This document shows, one piece after another, positions 9,833 to 23,600 of a DNA stretch of 34,789 nt (positions within the stretch are counted from its first letter, which is position 1; each line of letters opens with the position of its first letter). The position numbers and the translations under genes are program-made. The stretch is from Nemertoderma westbladi (lineage: Eukaryota; Animalia; Xenacoelomorpha): contig JAUCBJ010004762.1 of the NCBI GenBank assembly GCA_032718475.1, forward strand, positions 1 to 34,789, in the 5' to 3' direction. The notes under the pieces are model-generated. The model had not been told where the DNA came from. It worked only from the letters and a program-made list of their open reading frames with translations, and did not search any database.

Positions 9833-11373
9833 GCATTTTAGCACCTACCTCCAGAACTACATCGTTATAGCTTTCACACGATTGAGTTTATTATCGCACC
9901 GTTTGAAGACTGAGGTAGTTTGATGGTCTGCCCACCATAGCCACATTCTGACCGGTTATTTAGCTGACGTCTAGCTGTTAAGGACGAGAGTCATCATCTA
10001 TTTTCGATTCGATTCGACAGATTACAGTTCATCTAATAAGAGTTGAAGTTCCATCGTCAGGTCTGCCTAACATTGATGTGCATTAGTGAGCCCACTTTCT
10101 GGCTGTTCGATATGCAGTTCTCAATTTTACCACTATAAGACATAATGTCTCAGAGTGAAAGTAAATCTGCTCATTATATTTATAATCCCTTCGATTTGAT
10201 ACTTAACATAAATGTATCTCACGAGTTGCATGTAGGCCCCACTTGGCATAATGGAGGTTTTGTGACAAGAACACAGAAAGGATTGTTCTGTGCCAAGAAC
10301 GGCCCTTCTCAATTACAATCTTATTGTTTGATCTGAATAAAGTATTCCAGGACTCACTATATGGTTGGTTATAAGTGGACTATACAATTATTGTATGTTT
10401 TAATTCTAACCACTTAATTAACTTATTAAAGACGCTGTAACTATGCAATAATAATTAATTAACTAGAAAAGGAAGTTAATGTTAAAGTTAAAGCTGCTGC
10501 GCAGCATACTTTTCTATTTTATTGTGCGTCTTGATATTAGAGCGGTAGAATATATGTTTGATTCTTACATTTTTTCCATTTTACAACAAAGTAAATAATT
10601 TATTCACCTTCTTTTTTATTTTAAATAACGAATTCCTTACTATTGGTATGGTTTGAGCTCATTGAATATACTAATTGCAAAATGGTTTTAAAAAAATTTA
10701 CTGTGGAAGTCACCAATAATGGTGATGCATGCATCATCCTGATAGATTTCCCCATTCAGAATAGCCGAATTTATCTCTATAATATGTCCATTTTTATTTA
10801 AAAACACTAAATAACTTGAAAATAAAAGAAAGGAGCCATATTTCAAAGATATTACTACAATATTCCGAATGCTAGAAATTGAACATCTAATGCAATATTG
10901 TTTTGTTGTTTCTCCTTTCGTCTTATGAGGTCTAGTGGGAACGAATTCTACGCTTAAAAAATTATATACGAGATTATTGTCACCTAAAGTGTCTCGGGTG
11001 GGGCGAGTGCCATTCTTGTGAAATCCCCCGCGTTAAAAATATAAAAAATAGTATTTTCGTATTTCATATATAAATCAACACAGGTATAATTATTAATTTA
11101 TAATTAACGTCTTACACCAACGATGGCCTGTACTACCACTCAGGTTTCGGCATTTAGTACCATACAATACAATACAATCCAATTCACCTTTATAATAATT
11201 AAAATACACATTGAATATCTTTATGTTACTCTAAGAATGCTCGACCTATATTAAGTGCTCAAAGTCCATTTCATTATTCTACCGGTGTTTAAATAAAAGT
11301 TATCGCATAACGTAATTTTGTATCGTTTTCGATTGTAGACATGATTGATGTAGTCAAACTAAAAAACATAATA

Positions 11374-11877
11374 CACCATGACCCGTAATATAGTGTCATT
11401 TTCTGATGACACAATTGACGACCCAAATTTTTCTACACATCTTTATCATATTGCTACTAGTTCAACTCACCGTGGTTGTTACCATGAAGCCGGAATTTTA
11501 GATTTCGCCTTTAAATTTTTTTTATAAGCGTTTTAAAAAAGTGTCTTTTGCGAAATTGCACATCTCCATCATCGCCATTCTTCACATTAACCTCGCTTTA
11601 TAGATATTATAAAGATATTGCGTTGGAATACTTGGAACGCTTAATGTGAAGAATGGCGATGATAGGAGATGTTCAATTTCGCAAAAGACACTTTTTTAAA
11701 TCGCTTATAAAAAAAAATGTAAAGGCGAAGTCGAAAATTCCGGCTTCATGGTAACAACCACGGTGAGTTGAACTAGTTGTGTTTCAAATTTCAAGCAATA
11801 TGATAAAGATGTGTAGAAAAATTTGGGGGGGGGGGTCCGTGTCATCAGAAAATGACACTATATTACGGGTCATGGTG
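11374..11877. mobile_element. Foldback MITE with TA target-site duplication (Tc1/mariner-pogo-like)
   Basis: Termini TA|CACCATGACCCGTAATATAG...CTATATTACGGGTCATGGTG|TA. Inverted arms of ~220-240 bp (11374-11590 and 11641-11877) surround a 50-bp spacer. Confidence 0.85.
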
Positions 11878-11973
11878 TATATATATATTTTATCTCTAGA
11901 GAGATAGGTAACACACTGTATATTACAACTATCGTATATCTTTGATCGTTGTGATTAGATAATTTCATCATTA

Positions 11974-12802
11974 CGAATTTTCGGGTAGTGCTTAAGTCAT
12001 ATCTGAACCCAATCTGGACCCAATATCGAGAATTATACCAACTCTGAACCCAATCTGAATCGAAAATAGAAAGAGGGGTAAAAATTATTAATTTTTGCAT
12101 TTACAATTTTAAAATTTGAAGAAATTTTACATTATCTTTTTTCAAATTTAAATTTGCGGGAAGCCGCAGCACTACTGCTGTATTGGGGACTGCAGTTACT
12201 ACTTTATTGTACTGCTGTGTAGTCGTTAACGTTATAACTAACCTCTACCGGTTGGCGGTTTCCCAACTGACAACTACAGAACTACGGCTGTACGGTTCTC
12301 GCACAGTAGCAGTTCGGTTTCGGTCTAACTTTGGGTAGGCCTACGGTAGGTTACTACTGTAGTGCCTGGTACCGTATGTATGTATGTAGAGACAGCTGGT
12401 CAGATGTGGCGTAGGGACCTGTACCAGGCACTAGTAACCTACCGTAGGCCTATACCCAACGTTAGACCGAAACCGAAATGCTACGAGAACTGTACAGCTG
12501 TAAGTAGTTCTGTAGTTGTCATTTGGGATACCGCCTACCGGTAGGAGGTTAGCTATAACGTTACGTTAACGACTGCACAGCAGTAACTGCAGTCCCCAAA
12601 CAGCAGTAGTGCTGCCCGCAAATTTAAATATGAAAAAAAGATATGTAAAATTTCTTCAAATTTTAAAATTGTTAATGCAAAAATTAATAATTTTCACCGC
12701 TCTTTCTATTTTCGATTTAGATTGGGTTCAGATTTGGTATAATTCTCGAGATTGGGTCCAGATTGGGTTCAGATATGACTTAAGTACTATCCCGAATTTT
12801 CG
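11974..12802. mobile_element. Long imperfect palindrome / foldback non-autonomous element (~400-bp arms)
   Basis: 11974-12372 is the reverse complement of 12421-12802 apart from small indels. The ORF track gives near-identical peptides on opposite strands (11870..12100- and 12609..12815+). TSD not resolved. Confidence 0.8.
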
Positions 12803-14424
12803 AATATCAAAATAATTTTCAAAAGGCAGCGATTTCATTGGCTCCTACGCTTTCACTAATCAGCAGTTATTTTTTAATTATATAATTATTGGCTATCACT
12901 ATATAAATTTACTCATTTATTGGCATCACAATTTAGTCTTAATGCGGCCCTGATAACACTGGAAAGGATATTGACAATCACATCATATGTACTTTATTAT
13001 GATAGAGGGATAATTAAATATAATCTGCAGAGTTTAAATTGCCCGAGGGGATTAATTGTTGAGTTGATAAATATATGTAACTTCGACATCAAACATATTT
13101 ATCATAGGCCTAATTAATATAAGACTCATAAAAATATTGCTGAATTTAGTTTTATTTATTTTATTAATTTAATAAAACGAATTAACATCATAATTTTATA
13201 ATTTATTATCATTATTACCTGGGTGTTTAACTGACGTTGACGTTATAGAATAATTTGTGATTCTTATTTTATTAGTTAGCAATCCCAGCTACAGCTTTCC
13301 TTTAATATGAATTTTAACGAAAATTTCTTTTACCAAAATAAGTTTTCATTGAAATATCATCTAAAGCAGGTCAACCATTTATTTGTTGCATCCGAATAGG
13401 TGTATGCAATAGTGAGACATCCAGGCAACGCCTTATAAGGTGACCAAACAATGCAGCTGGCGCCTAGCTATATATGCATACATGATAGGCCCCTAGAATG
13501 AAACGCCATTGGCTTTGCATACCCAATGTTAGTTGAGAGCTGGTCAATAAAATATCTGGGGACTGATGGATGCAAACAAAGTGTACAGTACCGTATGTCA
13601 ATGTCATGAGCCACTACATTCTGATAAATTGACATTGGATTTAATCTTATTATAAGTTATCTAGATATATATTTAATATCACTCATAATCTGTTAGACTA
13701 TATACAAATCAATAATATTGTTAATATTTATTAGATATTTAAATTTCCTATAATCATTCTTCTGTGGTTGAGGTTGTTTATTATTCGTTCAATTAATTAT
13801 TAATATTATATTAGGTGAGTTTAATTGGTTATTGCCCAGCTATAAAAACAAAAATAACTGTCGTCCGACTACATACTATTCTAATACATACAGTCAGAGT
13901 ACATATAAACATCTAATTGGGCAATCTTAACTTTTTATAAATAATTTACAGGGTATTAATTAATTTTATATTTGGAAAAATACAAATTCTTCATATATAA
14001 AATTCCAGTAGAATATCGACAGAAAAGTGAAAAGCCGGTATTCTTCACAAGGGCGCATTCATCCCTATCTCCAGGGGGAAATCTATTCAAATTACATCTG
14101 ATTAATCCCAAACATAAAACTGTACCCTGTTCTCTTGACTTCAGTTTATTGTTTTGATTAGAATGACGCGCCACTGTAACCTGCCCCTTTCCCTTAATTG
14201 ATTAGCAAGGGGCAAGCAATGACGGGATCGGATGAAGAGTTTTATTGGTAAATATCAAAATATGAAAAATATCTCGAGTAAAAGAATTGAATAATATCGC
14301 GATAATTTTTATTCTCGATATTTTTCTCCAATACCGTGTGAAGGATACTCGCGTGCTAAAGTAACCAACCAACCCAAAAAAAAACTAAAATTATCGCAAT
14401 ATATTTTTCAGTAATTATCCGAAG

Positions 14425-14613
14425 ATGGCAAACCTACATTCAGACAGCTGTTGCGATGGGGATCTGGGGTTCCCCACACCCAGGGACGCATTCGTTGGCG
14501 GTAAACGCGAGCGATTGTTGTACGTAACGTGTACCCGGAAAGGTATCGATGAGACAAAGGGAGACTATTTGGCGACGGTTGATGTCGATCCGGAGTCGGA
14601 AACCTACGCGAAG
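14425..14613 (+). CDS. SELENBP1: SELENBP1 coding exon 1
   Basis: ATG at 14425; [10 protein letters not shown]...[17 protein letters not shown]; donor AAG|gtacgg, phase 0. Confidence 0.92.
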
Positions 14614-17600
14614 GTACGGCAAATAGGCATAGTTTGGTAGGTTTACGTATACAATAGGTTAAAATGTACATAGTTTGGTAGGTTTACGTACAATAGGTTA
14701 AAATGTACATTGTTTGGTAGGTTTACGTATACAATAGGTTAAAATGTGCATAGTTTGGTAGGTTTACGTATACAATAGGTTAAAATAGGCATAGTTTGGA
14801 AGGTTTGCGTATACAATAGGTTAAAATAGGCATAGTTTGTAGGAGGTTTACGTATACAATAGGTTAAAATAGGCATAGTTTGGTAGGAGGTTTACGTATA
14901 CAATAGGTTAAAATAGGCATAGTTTGGTAGGAGGTTTACGTATACAATAGGTTAAAATAGGCATAGTTTGGAAGGTTTACGTATACAATAGGTTAAAATA
15001 GGCATAGTTTGGAAGGTTTACGTATACAATAGGTTAAAATAGGCATAGTTTGGAAGGTTTACGTATACAATAGGTTAAAATAGGCATAGTTTGGTAGGAG
15101 GTTTACGTATACAATAGGTTAAAATAGGCATAGTTTGGAAGGTTTACGTATACAATAGGTTAAAATAGGCATAGTTTGGTAGGTTTACGTATACAATAGG
15201 TTAAAATAGGCATAGTTTGGAAGGTTTACGTATACAATAGGTTAAAATAGGCATAGTTTGGTAGGAGGTTTACGTATACAATAGGTTAAAATAGGCATAG
15301 TTTGGAAGGTTTACGTATACAATAGGTTAAAATGGGCATAGTTTGGTAGGTTTACGTATACAATAGGTTAAAATAGGCATAGTTTGGAAGGTTTACGTAT
15401 ACAATAGGTTAAAATAGGCATAGTTTGGAAGGTTTACGTATACAATAGGTTAAAATAGGCATAGTTTGGAAGGTTTACGTATACAATAGGTTAAAACGTA
15501 AATTGTTTGGTAGGTTTACGTATACAATAGGTTAAAGGGGGGGGGGGGGGGGGGTACTGAGTATTATAATAATGTCTATACTTTTTATAGAGTTGGTAGT
15601 ATACACACAGTGTAGCTTTACTAGCCAACCTAAGTGTAGGCCTACACAAAACGACAAGAGTATTAAAAAAAATATTTTTTTTTATTTTTTAATTTTAATA
15701 ATTATATAATTTTTTTAAAAGATCTCTACGCCCCAAGGCGGGGCAAATTATACATTTATTAATCACATAGAGTTGGGCTATCCTGGGGTAAAATCAGTGT
15801 GCACGGCGTTAAATAAATAATTAATTAAATTAGAATGGGCACATAGGTAAAATATTTAAATACAGTTTATTGTGAAGTCGTCATTCTAACTGAGACAAAG
15901 CGGGGAGCGAGGGGCAAAATGTACAAGATAGCGATCAGCCGCACAGAGCCCACACAACTTACTGTTGCACTCCCCCAAAGGAGTTGGGTTTTTGCAAATT
16001 GTGAAGTGAAACCCGTGTGCACAGTAGCAGTGTAGCACGGGTTATTAAGTGACGGTATCATTATGGTATTATTACGGTATCATTGTGGTATTATTACGGT
16101 ATCATTGTGGTATTATTACGGTATCATTATGGTATTATTACGTCTCATTCTCAGATAATAAGTCGAACTGTCATGCCCAACGCTGAGGACGAGCTACACC
16201 ATTCTGGTTGGAACGCGTGCAGTAGTTGCTATGGCTCCGCTACGCGGTCCCGGTCACACATGGTTCTACCGTGCATCAACTCTAGCAGAATCTATATCGT
16301 AGACACTAAAAAGGACCCCAGGTTTGTCAACAAAGAGAATATATCATAGACCATAGTGTTAGTTACTACTGTAGTGTATAGTACCGGTATTAATGTGTGC
16401 AGTTAATGAAGGATCAGCGCGCCTTAATTAAAGCAACTTCAATTTTACTTATGGGTATGTGCCTATGCCATCCTTTCGCTTTTTTTTTTCATGATTTACA
16501 TGTTATTATTATTAGGGCTCAGCTATAATTACTGAATATCGTCGCTAAGTACCTAAAGACCCTAAATCCATTTATGATGATTTTAACTTTTTTACCATTA
16601 CACTGAAAAAAATTGATTTTGATCTACTGATTTCTACGAAAACGTATGATTTCTCTTTCACTAGTCTGGATCCGACTAAAAAAAATTTCGAAAAAAATGT
16701 ACTGTGGTTATATTGCAGCACCAAAATTACAAGTACTGTAGTGCACAATTTTCACAAAATTTGAAAGTTACATTTTTCGGCTAATTGTTTTTCAATACAG
16801 GTTTTCTGGGGCGCAAAATCCATTGGAAAATATTTAAAAATGCACTGATTACTATAAATGGCTGTTTTAGTCCTCTCTGCGTAGGACAAAAATGAAAATA
16901 ACAAGTAACCAGCACTTTTCGGTGTGAACACGAAATTTTTAATTCACTTATACGATGCTATAAATTCACATGTATAGATTTTTGGGGCGCTGATTCTAAT
17001 GGAATACATTTCAAATTTGCCAGTTTCGGCGTAATATGACAAATTTTGACGTGCTAGCACCAAATTTCGTACCAATCACCAAAAAGTACAAGTTTGAGAT
17101 GTTCAGTGCTGTTTTTATTGATTCCATTGGATTCAGGACCCTCACAAACCCATATAACGCAAGAAACAAGGTGACACAATCAATTGATATATTTGATGGT
17201 TTTCAAAATTTGGTGCTGGCACCACATTTTACACCCACTTCCGAAAAATGCAATTTTGAGATGTCTAGTTTGATAATTATATATTCCATTGAATTCAGAA
17301 CAGCCATAAACCTCTAAAACGCAAGAAATAAATTGTCACAAGCAATTTTAACTATTGAATTGAATTTCAAAATTTCGTGCTAGCACCAAAATTTGCACGC
17401 AGCACCGAAAAATACAAGTGTGATATGCTTGGTTCAACTCGTATATATTCCATCGAAACCAGAACCCCTAAAAACCCCTATTGCATTAAAAACAAGTTCA
17501 AATGTTAAAAATCATATTTCATGAAATGTAATTTTCAAAAACGGCTCACAAAAAGTGCCAAAAGTGGGGTTAAAAAATGATGATATAACTCGAAAACTAC

Positions 17601-20600
17601 CCAATATCTTTGAAAACGGTTTTCACTAATAGGAAGACAATAGATTTTTAGGAAAAGTCCTAAAATTTCACATTCCCAACTGCGTTTGTTTCAGAATTAT
17701 CACCAAAAAACCCCGGGTGGTCATATTGACCCCCCCCCCCCCCCCCCGGGTTTAATAGGGATAATATTTTAAAGTTGCGATGTGTTATAAAAATATTATT
17801 AGCATAGTACTAGGGCACGCACGTACTTATTAAAAATGTTATTGTAATTTAGTTTTACATTGTTATTTGTATTATTTAGACTATATTATAGTCCTAGTAG
17901 TTCCCCGTAAAAATATAACTTTATTTTTAATAAGTTACACAATTATTAATTGCAGGAGGCCCGGAATTAGTAAAGTAGTTGACCCCGAAGACTTGATCTC
18001 GGTTGGTCTGACTTGCCCTCACACAGCGCACTGCCTAGCTAATGGAAATATTATGATCAGTTGTATGGGAGATGAAAAAGAGAATAACAAGGGAGGATTC
18101 GCTTTGCTCGACGAGAAAACCTTTAGAGTAACCGGGACATGGGAACCAAAAGGTGCAGTAGGCCTATAGTAAATAAATATAAATGAATATTAACAGAACA
18201 ATAGGACGGACGTCACAAGGGGTGTGGTGGGGTGGGCCAAGTACCTATCTGAACTAGACTTTGCTGATGACTTAAGGAGTACTCTCAGAATCACTTGAGG
18301 AAGCCCAACGACTCCTCAGCTCATTAGAACATGCTGCTTCTAGTGTTGGTCTTTTTGTTAACACCAAAAAGACCAAAATTTTGACAGTTAACTTTGAAAG
18401 TCCTCAGCAAATCTCTGACCGGATGAGCATAAGCTCCAAGGATGATATGCTCGAGCATGTGGTCGACTTCTGTTACCTGGGATCATGGATCCGGAAGTCA
18501 GGTGAGGACCTTCAAATACATATGGGAAAGGCATGGGCAGCCTTGAATAGGCTTTCCAGGATTTGGAAGTCACAGAGAATTAATCGGAAACTTAAGGTCC
18601 GATTATTTAGAGCAGCAGTAGTTCCAGTACTCCTCTATGGGAGTCCTTGAGTAGACACAAATGTTGTCGAACCATCGTATACTGATCTGATTGCTGCAAT
18701 AATTTCATCAGGAATCCCATATAAAGAAAGTATGCTGCCTTGAAGAAGTCAACAAAGATAACAGCCAGATGCCTGTCTTTCTTTTTTGATAACTCTTCAA
18801 TTATCCTTCTAAGTGCCAAAATGGGCTCCATGGTCCCACGACCTTTACGGAACCCATTCTGATTTCCACGGAGCAGTCTCTCAATGGGATCCCTGTTGCG
18901 ATTTAATATAATTCTATTGTATAGCTTTGCAGCAATCGAGATTAATGAGATTCCCCGAAAAGAACCATAGGCCCTAGAGTGTTAGGAACTGGCACCAACT
19001 TATTTGTTTTCATTTCTTGTGGGACTCTTGTTGTTCTGTACGTCTTAATGTATCTATCGATGTCTAACTCAATTTTGACAAAATCGTACTTACTCCCTAT
19101 TACGTATGACCGCTTCAATTAAATTAGGTTTTTATTCTACAATATTCCACTTTATTCCAAACTATTCCTGGGTTCATTTCAACCCGTGTCTGAATACTGT
19201 AACCTGCTTCTTTACTAACCCGCCTAGGTGTAGGTGTAGGCATAGGCGTAGCGCTTACTCCATATATTTATTGTGTAGGGTCTAATATATAATTATCTCG
19301 TTAGGTTCCAGTGTGCCGTTTGGTTACGATTTCTGGTACCAGCCACGTCATAACGTAATGGTTAGTAGCGAGTGGGGTTCTCCGAAGGCGTTCAAGAAGG
19401 GGTTCAGTGTGGACGATGTAGCGAACGGAATGTACGGACACAGTCTGCACGTGTGGGATTGGTCCGAACGGAAGCTTCTACAGACATTGGACCTTGGGGA
19501 TGAAGGGAAAATACCCCTAGAAGTTAGGTTAGTGAACATTTAATATGGAATGTAAAAACTGGAGGCATTAAGAGCACTTTATTTTGTTACACTGGTAGAA
19601 AAGGATGGCACAACCCTTACTCCCAAGGTTGAATATTCAACCTTTTTATTTTCTTCCTTTGATTTGCAGGACATTGCTTTCGCCGTGAGGACCAGCCAGT
19701 GCATAATCTTTTTTTTTTAATCTGATTGGCCTACAGTTTGTTTTGTAGTTTACATTACTTACATTACATCAGTTTATAATGTATATAAAAAAAATAGTGC
19801 CTGATGGTGGAGTTAGCACTTCTATTCATCAGCTTTAGTAAATAATAGATGAATTTGTTACTTTTTAATTATTTATACATTGATATTTTATATAGATTCC
19901 CGCACAATCCAGAAAAGACCTACGGATTTGTAGGTTGTGCTCTCAGTTCCACAGTGTTTCTATTCTACAGAAAAGAGGACGGAGTTTGGGACGCAAAAAA
20001 GGTTATCGATATACCCTCTAAGAAGGTAGAAGGTAAATAAATAAATATTGAACAAAATGTGAATAAATCCCCCCCCCCCCCCCCCCCCCCCCATCCAAAT
20101 CCATTCAGAACGTGTAAAATATGTGTACTGGTGTAATCGCTCGAATATATTTATAACAAATATCTGGGAATACACGATATGATACATATAAGGCCACATA
20201 ACTAAAGCGGAAATGGAGAATAAATTATAAATACACAAGTTTTAGGGGGGCTCATAATAGGAGTATCACAATGGAATAACCACGGTAAAAAACACAATTT
20301 ATTGTATTTTTATAAATAAAACACACATTCACTAAATTTAATCACTTATTAACCACTTGTTATAACTAAAAATAATTAATTTTCCACCAAATTAAATAAA
20401 TTCGTAACAATATTTATATAGTTGCGATATAGTCTATAATTATATAGAAGTTACAAATTGAAAGAGAAGAGCATGTTAATGTTCGAATCCCAATGCCTAT
20501 AAAAAATAGTTATGAATGATTTATTTTAGTGATAAAAAAATTAATTGGGTTTATTTTCTGCCATTTTAAATTTGATTATATATTAGGGGTGTGCCGGATA

Positions 20601-23600
20601 TCCGGCCGGATTTTGAGAAAAAATTCCGGTTCCGGCTCCGGTCGGATTTCAATTTTTGGCCGGATGTCCATTTCAACGAATTGTTAACAAAATTTACAAT
20701 TAATATAAATTTTCAAAAAGACATCAAATTAAATATTCTTTCAAATTCACACAAACTTAAATATAAGCAAATACAATGGAATAAAATACAATTTTTTTGC
20801 TAGTTTGTATCATCCATTATTCATATTATGAATTATGATAAAGTCTACAGCAGAGCTATAATTTTATGACGATCTACAATCGACATGCTGAGCTGACTGA
20901 CTACTTTTTTACCAAGAATATTTGTATTTGGTTGGGCTCAGCCTCACTAACACATAATTAATTAGTACATGTATGCCCAGACCGTATACTAATTATAACT
21001 AGCCAATAATTATTATATATTGTCCCACCTCGCAAGCGTTGATGTTAGGTCTAGGTATTGTTATAAATTAAGTAAGTTTACCACCGTGAATGACAAGTTT
21101 ATATATTCGACGGGCAATTTAGAAACTCTAGTAAATACAATTTAACTCAAAGAGTATAAAAAATCTACAGAGATTATTACTTCTTTTTAATTTTCAATTT
21201 GCACTTTATTTAATTTCATTTTCATATTTACATTTTAAACATCAAATCATTTTAGCAAATATCAAATCGGTCGGATTTTTGTTTACAAATCCGGCTCCGG
21301 TTCCGGCCTGGCCGGTTTGAAAAAGGTCAATCCGGCACATCCCTATTATATATATTAATTTTAATTACTCATTCCATTATGTATTTAGGTTGGGTATTAC
21401 CTGAGATGCCGGCCATAATATCGGATATTCTTATCAGCATGGACGACAAATATCTGTATATCAGCGCCTGGCTTCATGGGGATCTGTTCCAATACGATAT
21501 AACGGATCCGTTTAACCCCCAACTAGCTGGAATTGTGAGTTACAAACAGCATCACTAATTAATTCACAATTATCGATAGTTTAATTTCATTTTAAACTGG
21601 TAGTATGGGAAAACAATCAATTAATCATGGCTAATTATTAAATTATTAATTATATTTATATTTTATTAAAATAATTTTCAGAAAATACACGTCGATATAA
21701 TTAAGTAACAATTGGGGTAAATGGAACGCTGATTAAAAAAATGGCACACATTAATTATTATAAAATCAAATAAATAAAAAAATAATAGTTGATCTGAATA
21801 AAATAGCAAATAACTACTAAAGCAAACAAACTAGGAAAAATATCGTCAAAAAAACTCAGTTGCTACTCACACAGTGAGTACCATAGAGGGTTAGTTGTTG
21901 CTACTCAGTTCTCACGCAATGGGTACCATATAGGGTGTTTTGCTACTCACTCAATGAGTACCATAGAGGATGTTTTGCTACTCACACAATGAGTACCATA
22001 GATAATGTTTTGCTACTCACACAATGAGTACCATAGAGGGTGTTTTGCTACTCACACAATGAGTACCATAGAGGGTGTTTTGCTACTCACACACTGAGTA
22101 CCATAGAGGATGTTTTGCTACTCACACACTGAGTACCATAGAGGGTGTTTTGCTACTCACACAATGAGTACCATAGAGGATGTTTTGCTACTCACACAAT
22201 GAGTACCATAGAGGATGTTTTGCTACTCACACAATGAGTACCATAGATAATGTTTTGCTACTCACACAATGAGTACCATAGAGGATGTTTTGCTACTCAC
22301 ACAATGAGTACAATAGATAATGTTTTGCTACTCACACAATGAGTACCATAGAGGGTGTTTTGCTACTCACACAATGAGTACCATAGAGGATGTTTTGCTA
22401 CTCACACACTGAGTACCATAGAGGGTGTTTTGCTACTCACACAATGAGTACCATAGAGGATGTTTTGCTACTCACACACTGAGTACCATAGAGGATGTTT
22501 TGCTACTCACACAATGAGTACCATAGAGGATGTTTTGCTACTCACACACTGAGTACCATAGAGGATGGTTTGCTACTCACACACTGAGTACCATAGAGGA
22601 TGGTTTGCTACTCACACAATGAGTACCATAGAGGATGTTTTGCTACTCACACAATGAGTACCATAGAGGATGTTTTGCTACTCACACAATGAGTACCATA
22701 GAGGATGTTATGCTACTCACACAATGAGTACCATAGAGGATGTTTTGCTACTCACACAATGAGTACCATAGAGGATGTTTTGCTACTCACACAATGAGTA
22801 CCATAGAGGGTGTTTTGCTACTCACACAATGAGTACCATAGAGGATGTTTTGCTACTCACACACTGAGTACCATAGAGGATGTTTTGCTACTCACACAAT
22901 GAGTACCATAGATAATGTTTTGCTACTCACACAATGAGTACCATAGAGGGTGTTTTGCTACTCACACAATGAGTAACATAGAGGATGTTTTGCTACTCAC
23001 ACAATGAGTACCATAAAGGATGTTTTGCTACTCACACAATGAGTACCATTATAGAGGGGATTATAGTCTCCATTATAATCTGTATACGAACTATCAAATT
23101 GTCTTTAAAAGCAATCTGGTGTCAACTTTAAGAGAATTCAGATTAGAAACAAATAGAGGCCACTAATTTATTGATAAATATAAAAGCAAAACCCGTCTAA
23201 ATTAATACCAGGGTTGTTCTCACAAAAAGTGGTCAAAGTTTATTGAAATTTGTTTATTATTTCATATTACAGTATCATCATTTTTTATCATCATATCATA
23301 TCAAATTTGTTTTGTCAAAACTATATAAATATATAATTCGAGAGCTCTCGGTGGAGGCGATTTCGAATATATACCAGGGGCCGTTTCTTTTAAACTCGTA
23401 AGGTTTAAAAACTCGTAAGGTTTAAAAACTAATGTCCACAATGTAACCTTTTGTCCCTGGTGTAACGCTACTTGTTAGCCATTCAAAAGCCTCGATTTTG
23501 ATTTTACAAAACGCAAAACGAACGTCAAGGAGGAGGAAGGTAAGAGGCAATATTTCATAATTAAGATTTGTAGAATAAATATGGAGGGGGGGGGGGGCGT

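Larger units (their letters stand above)
1..9900 (-). mobile_element. Near full-length APE-type non-LTR retrotransposon (LINE; RTEX-like or CR1-group, clade uncertain), probably an inactivated copy
   Basis: Layout on the - strand: repeat-rich 5' region, long ORF1, 19-nt spacer (3512-3530), APE+RT ORF2, AT-rich 3' UTR. The 3' tail and TSD are not visible and may lie beyond the window edge. The 5' boundary is approximate. Confidence 0.85.

Noticed and set aside
9354-9923. Cys/Leu-rich ORFs in all three + frames, resembling metallothionein or membrane proteins
   Set aside because: They are an artefact of a stop-free 10-bp repeat.
15720-16050. GC-richer intronic segment that might be a SINE or solo LTR
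   Set aside because: No Pol III boxes, TG...CA termini or TSD could be established by eye.
21861-23049. CRISPR-like array of 35-bp palindromic repeats
   Set aside because: Units are head-to-tail with no unique spacers, there are no cas genes, and the context is a eukaryotic intron.
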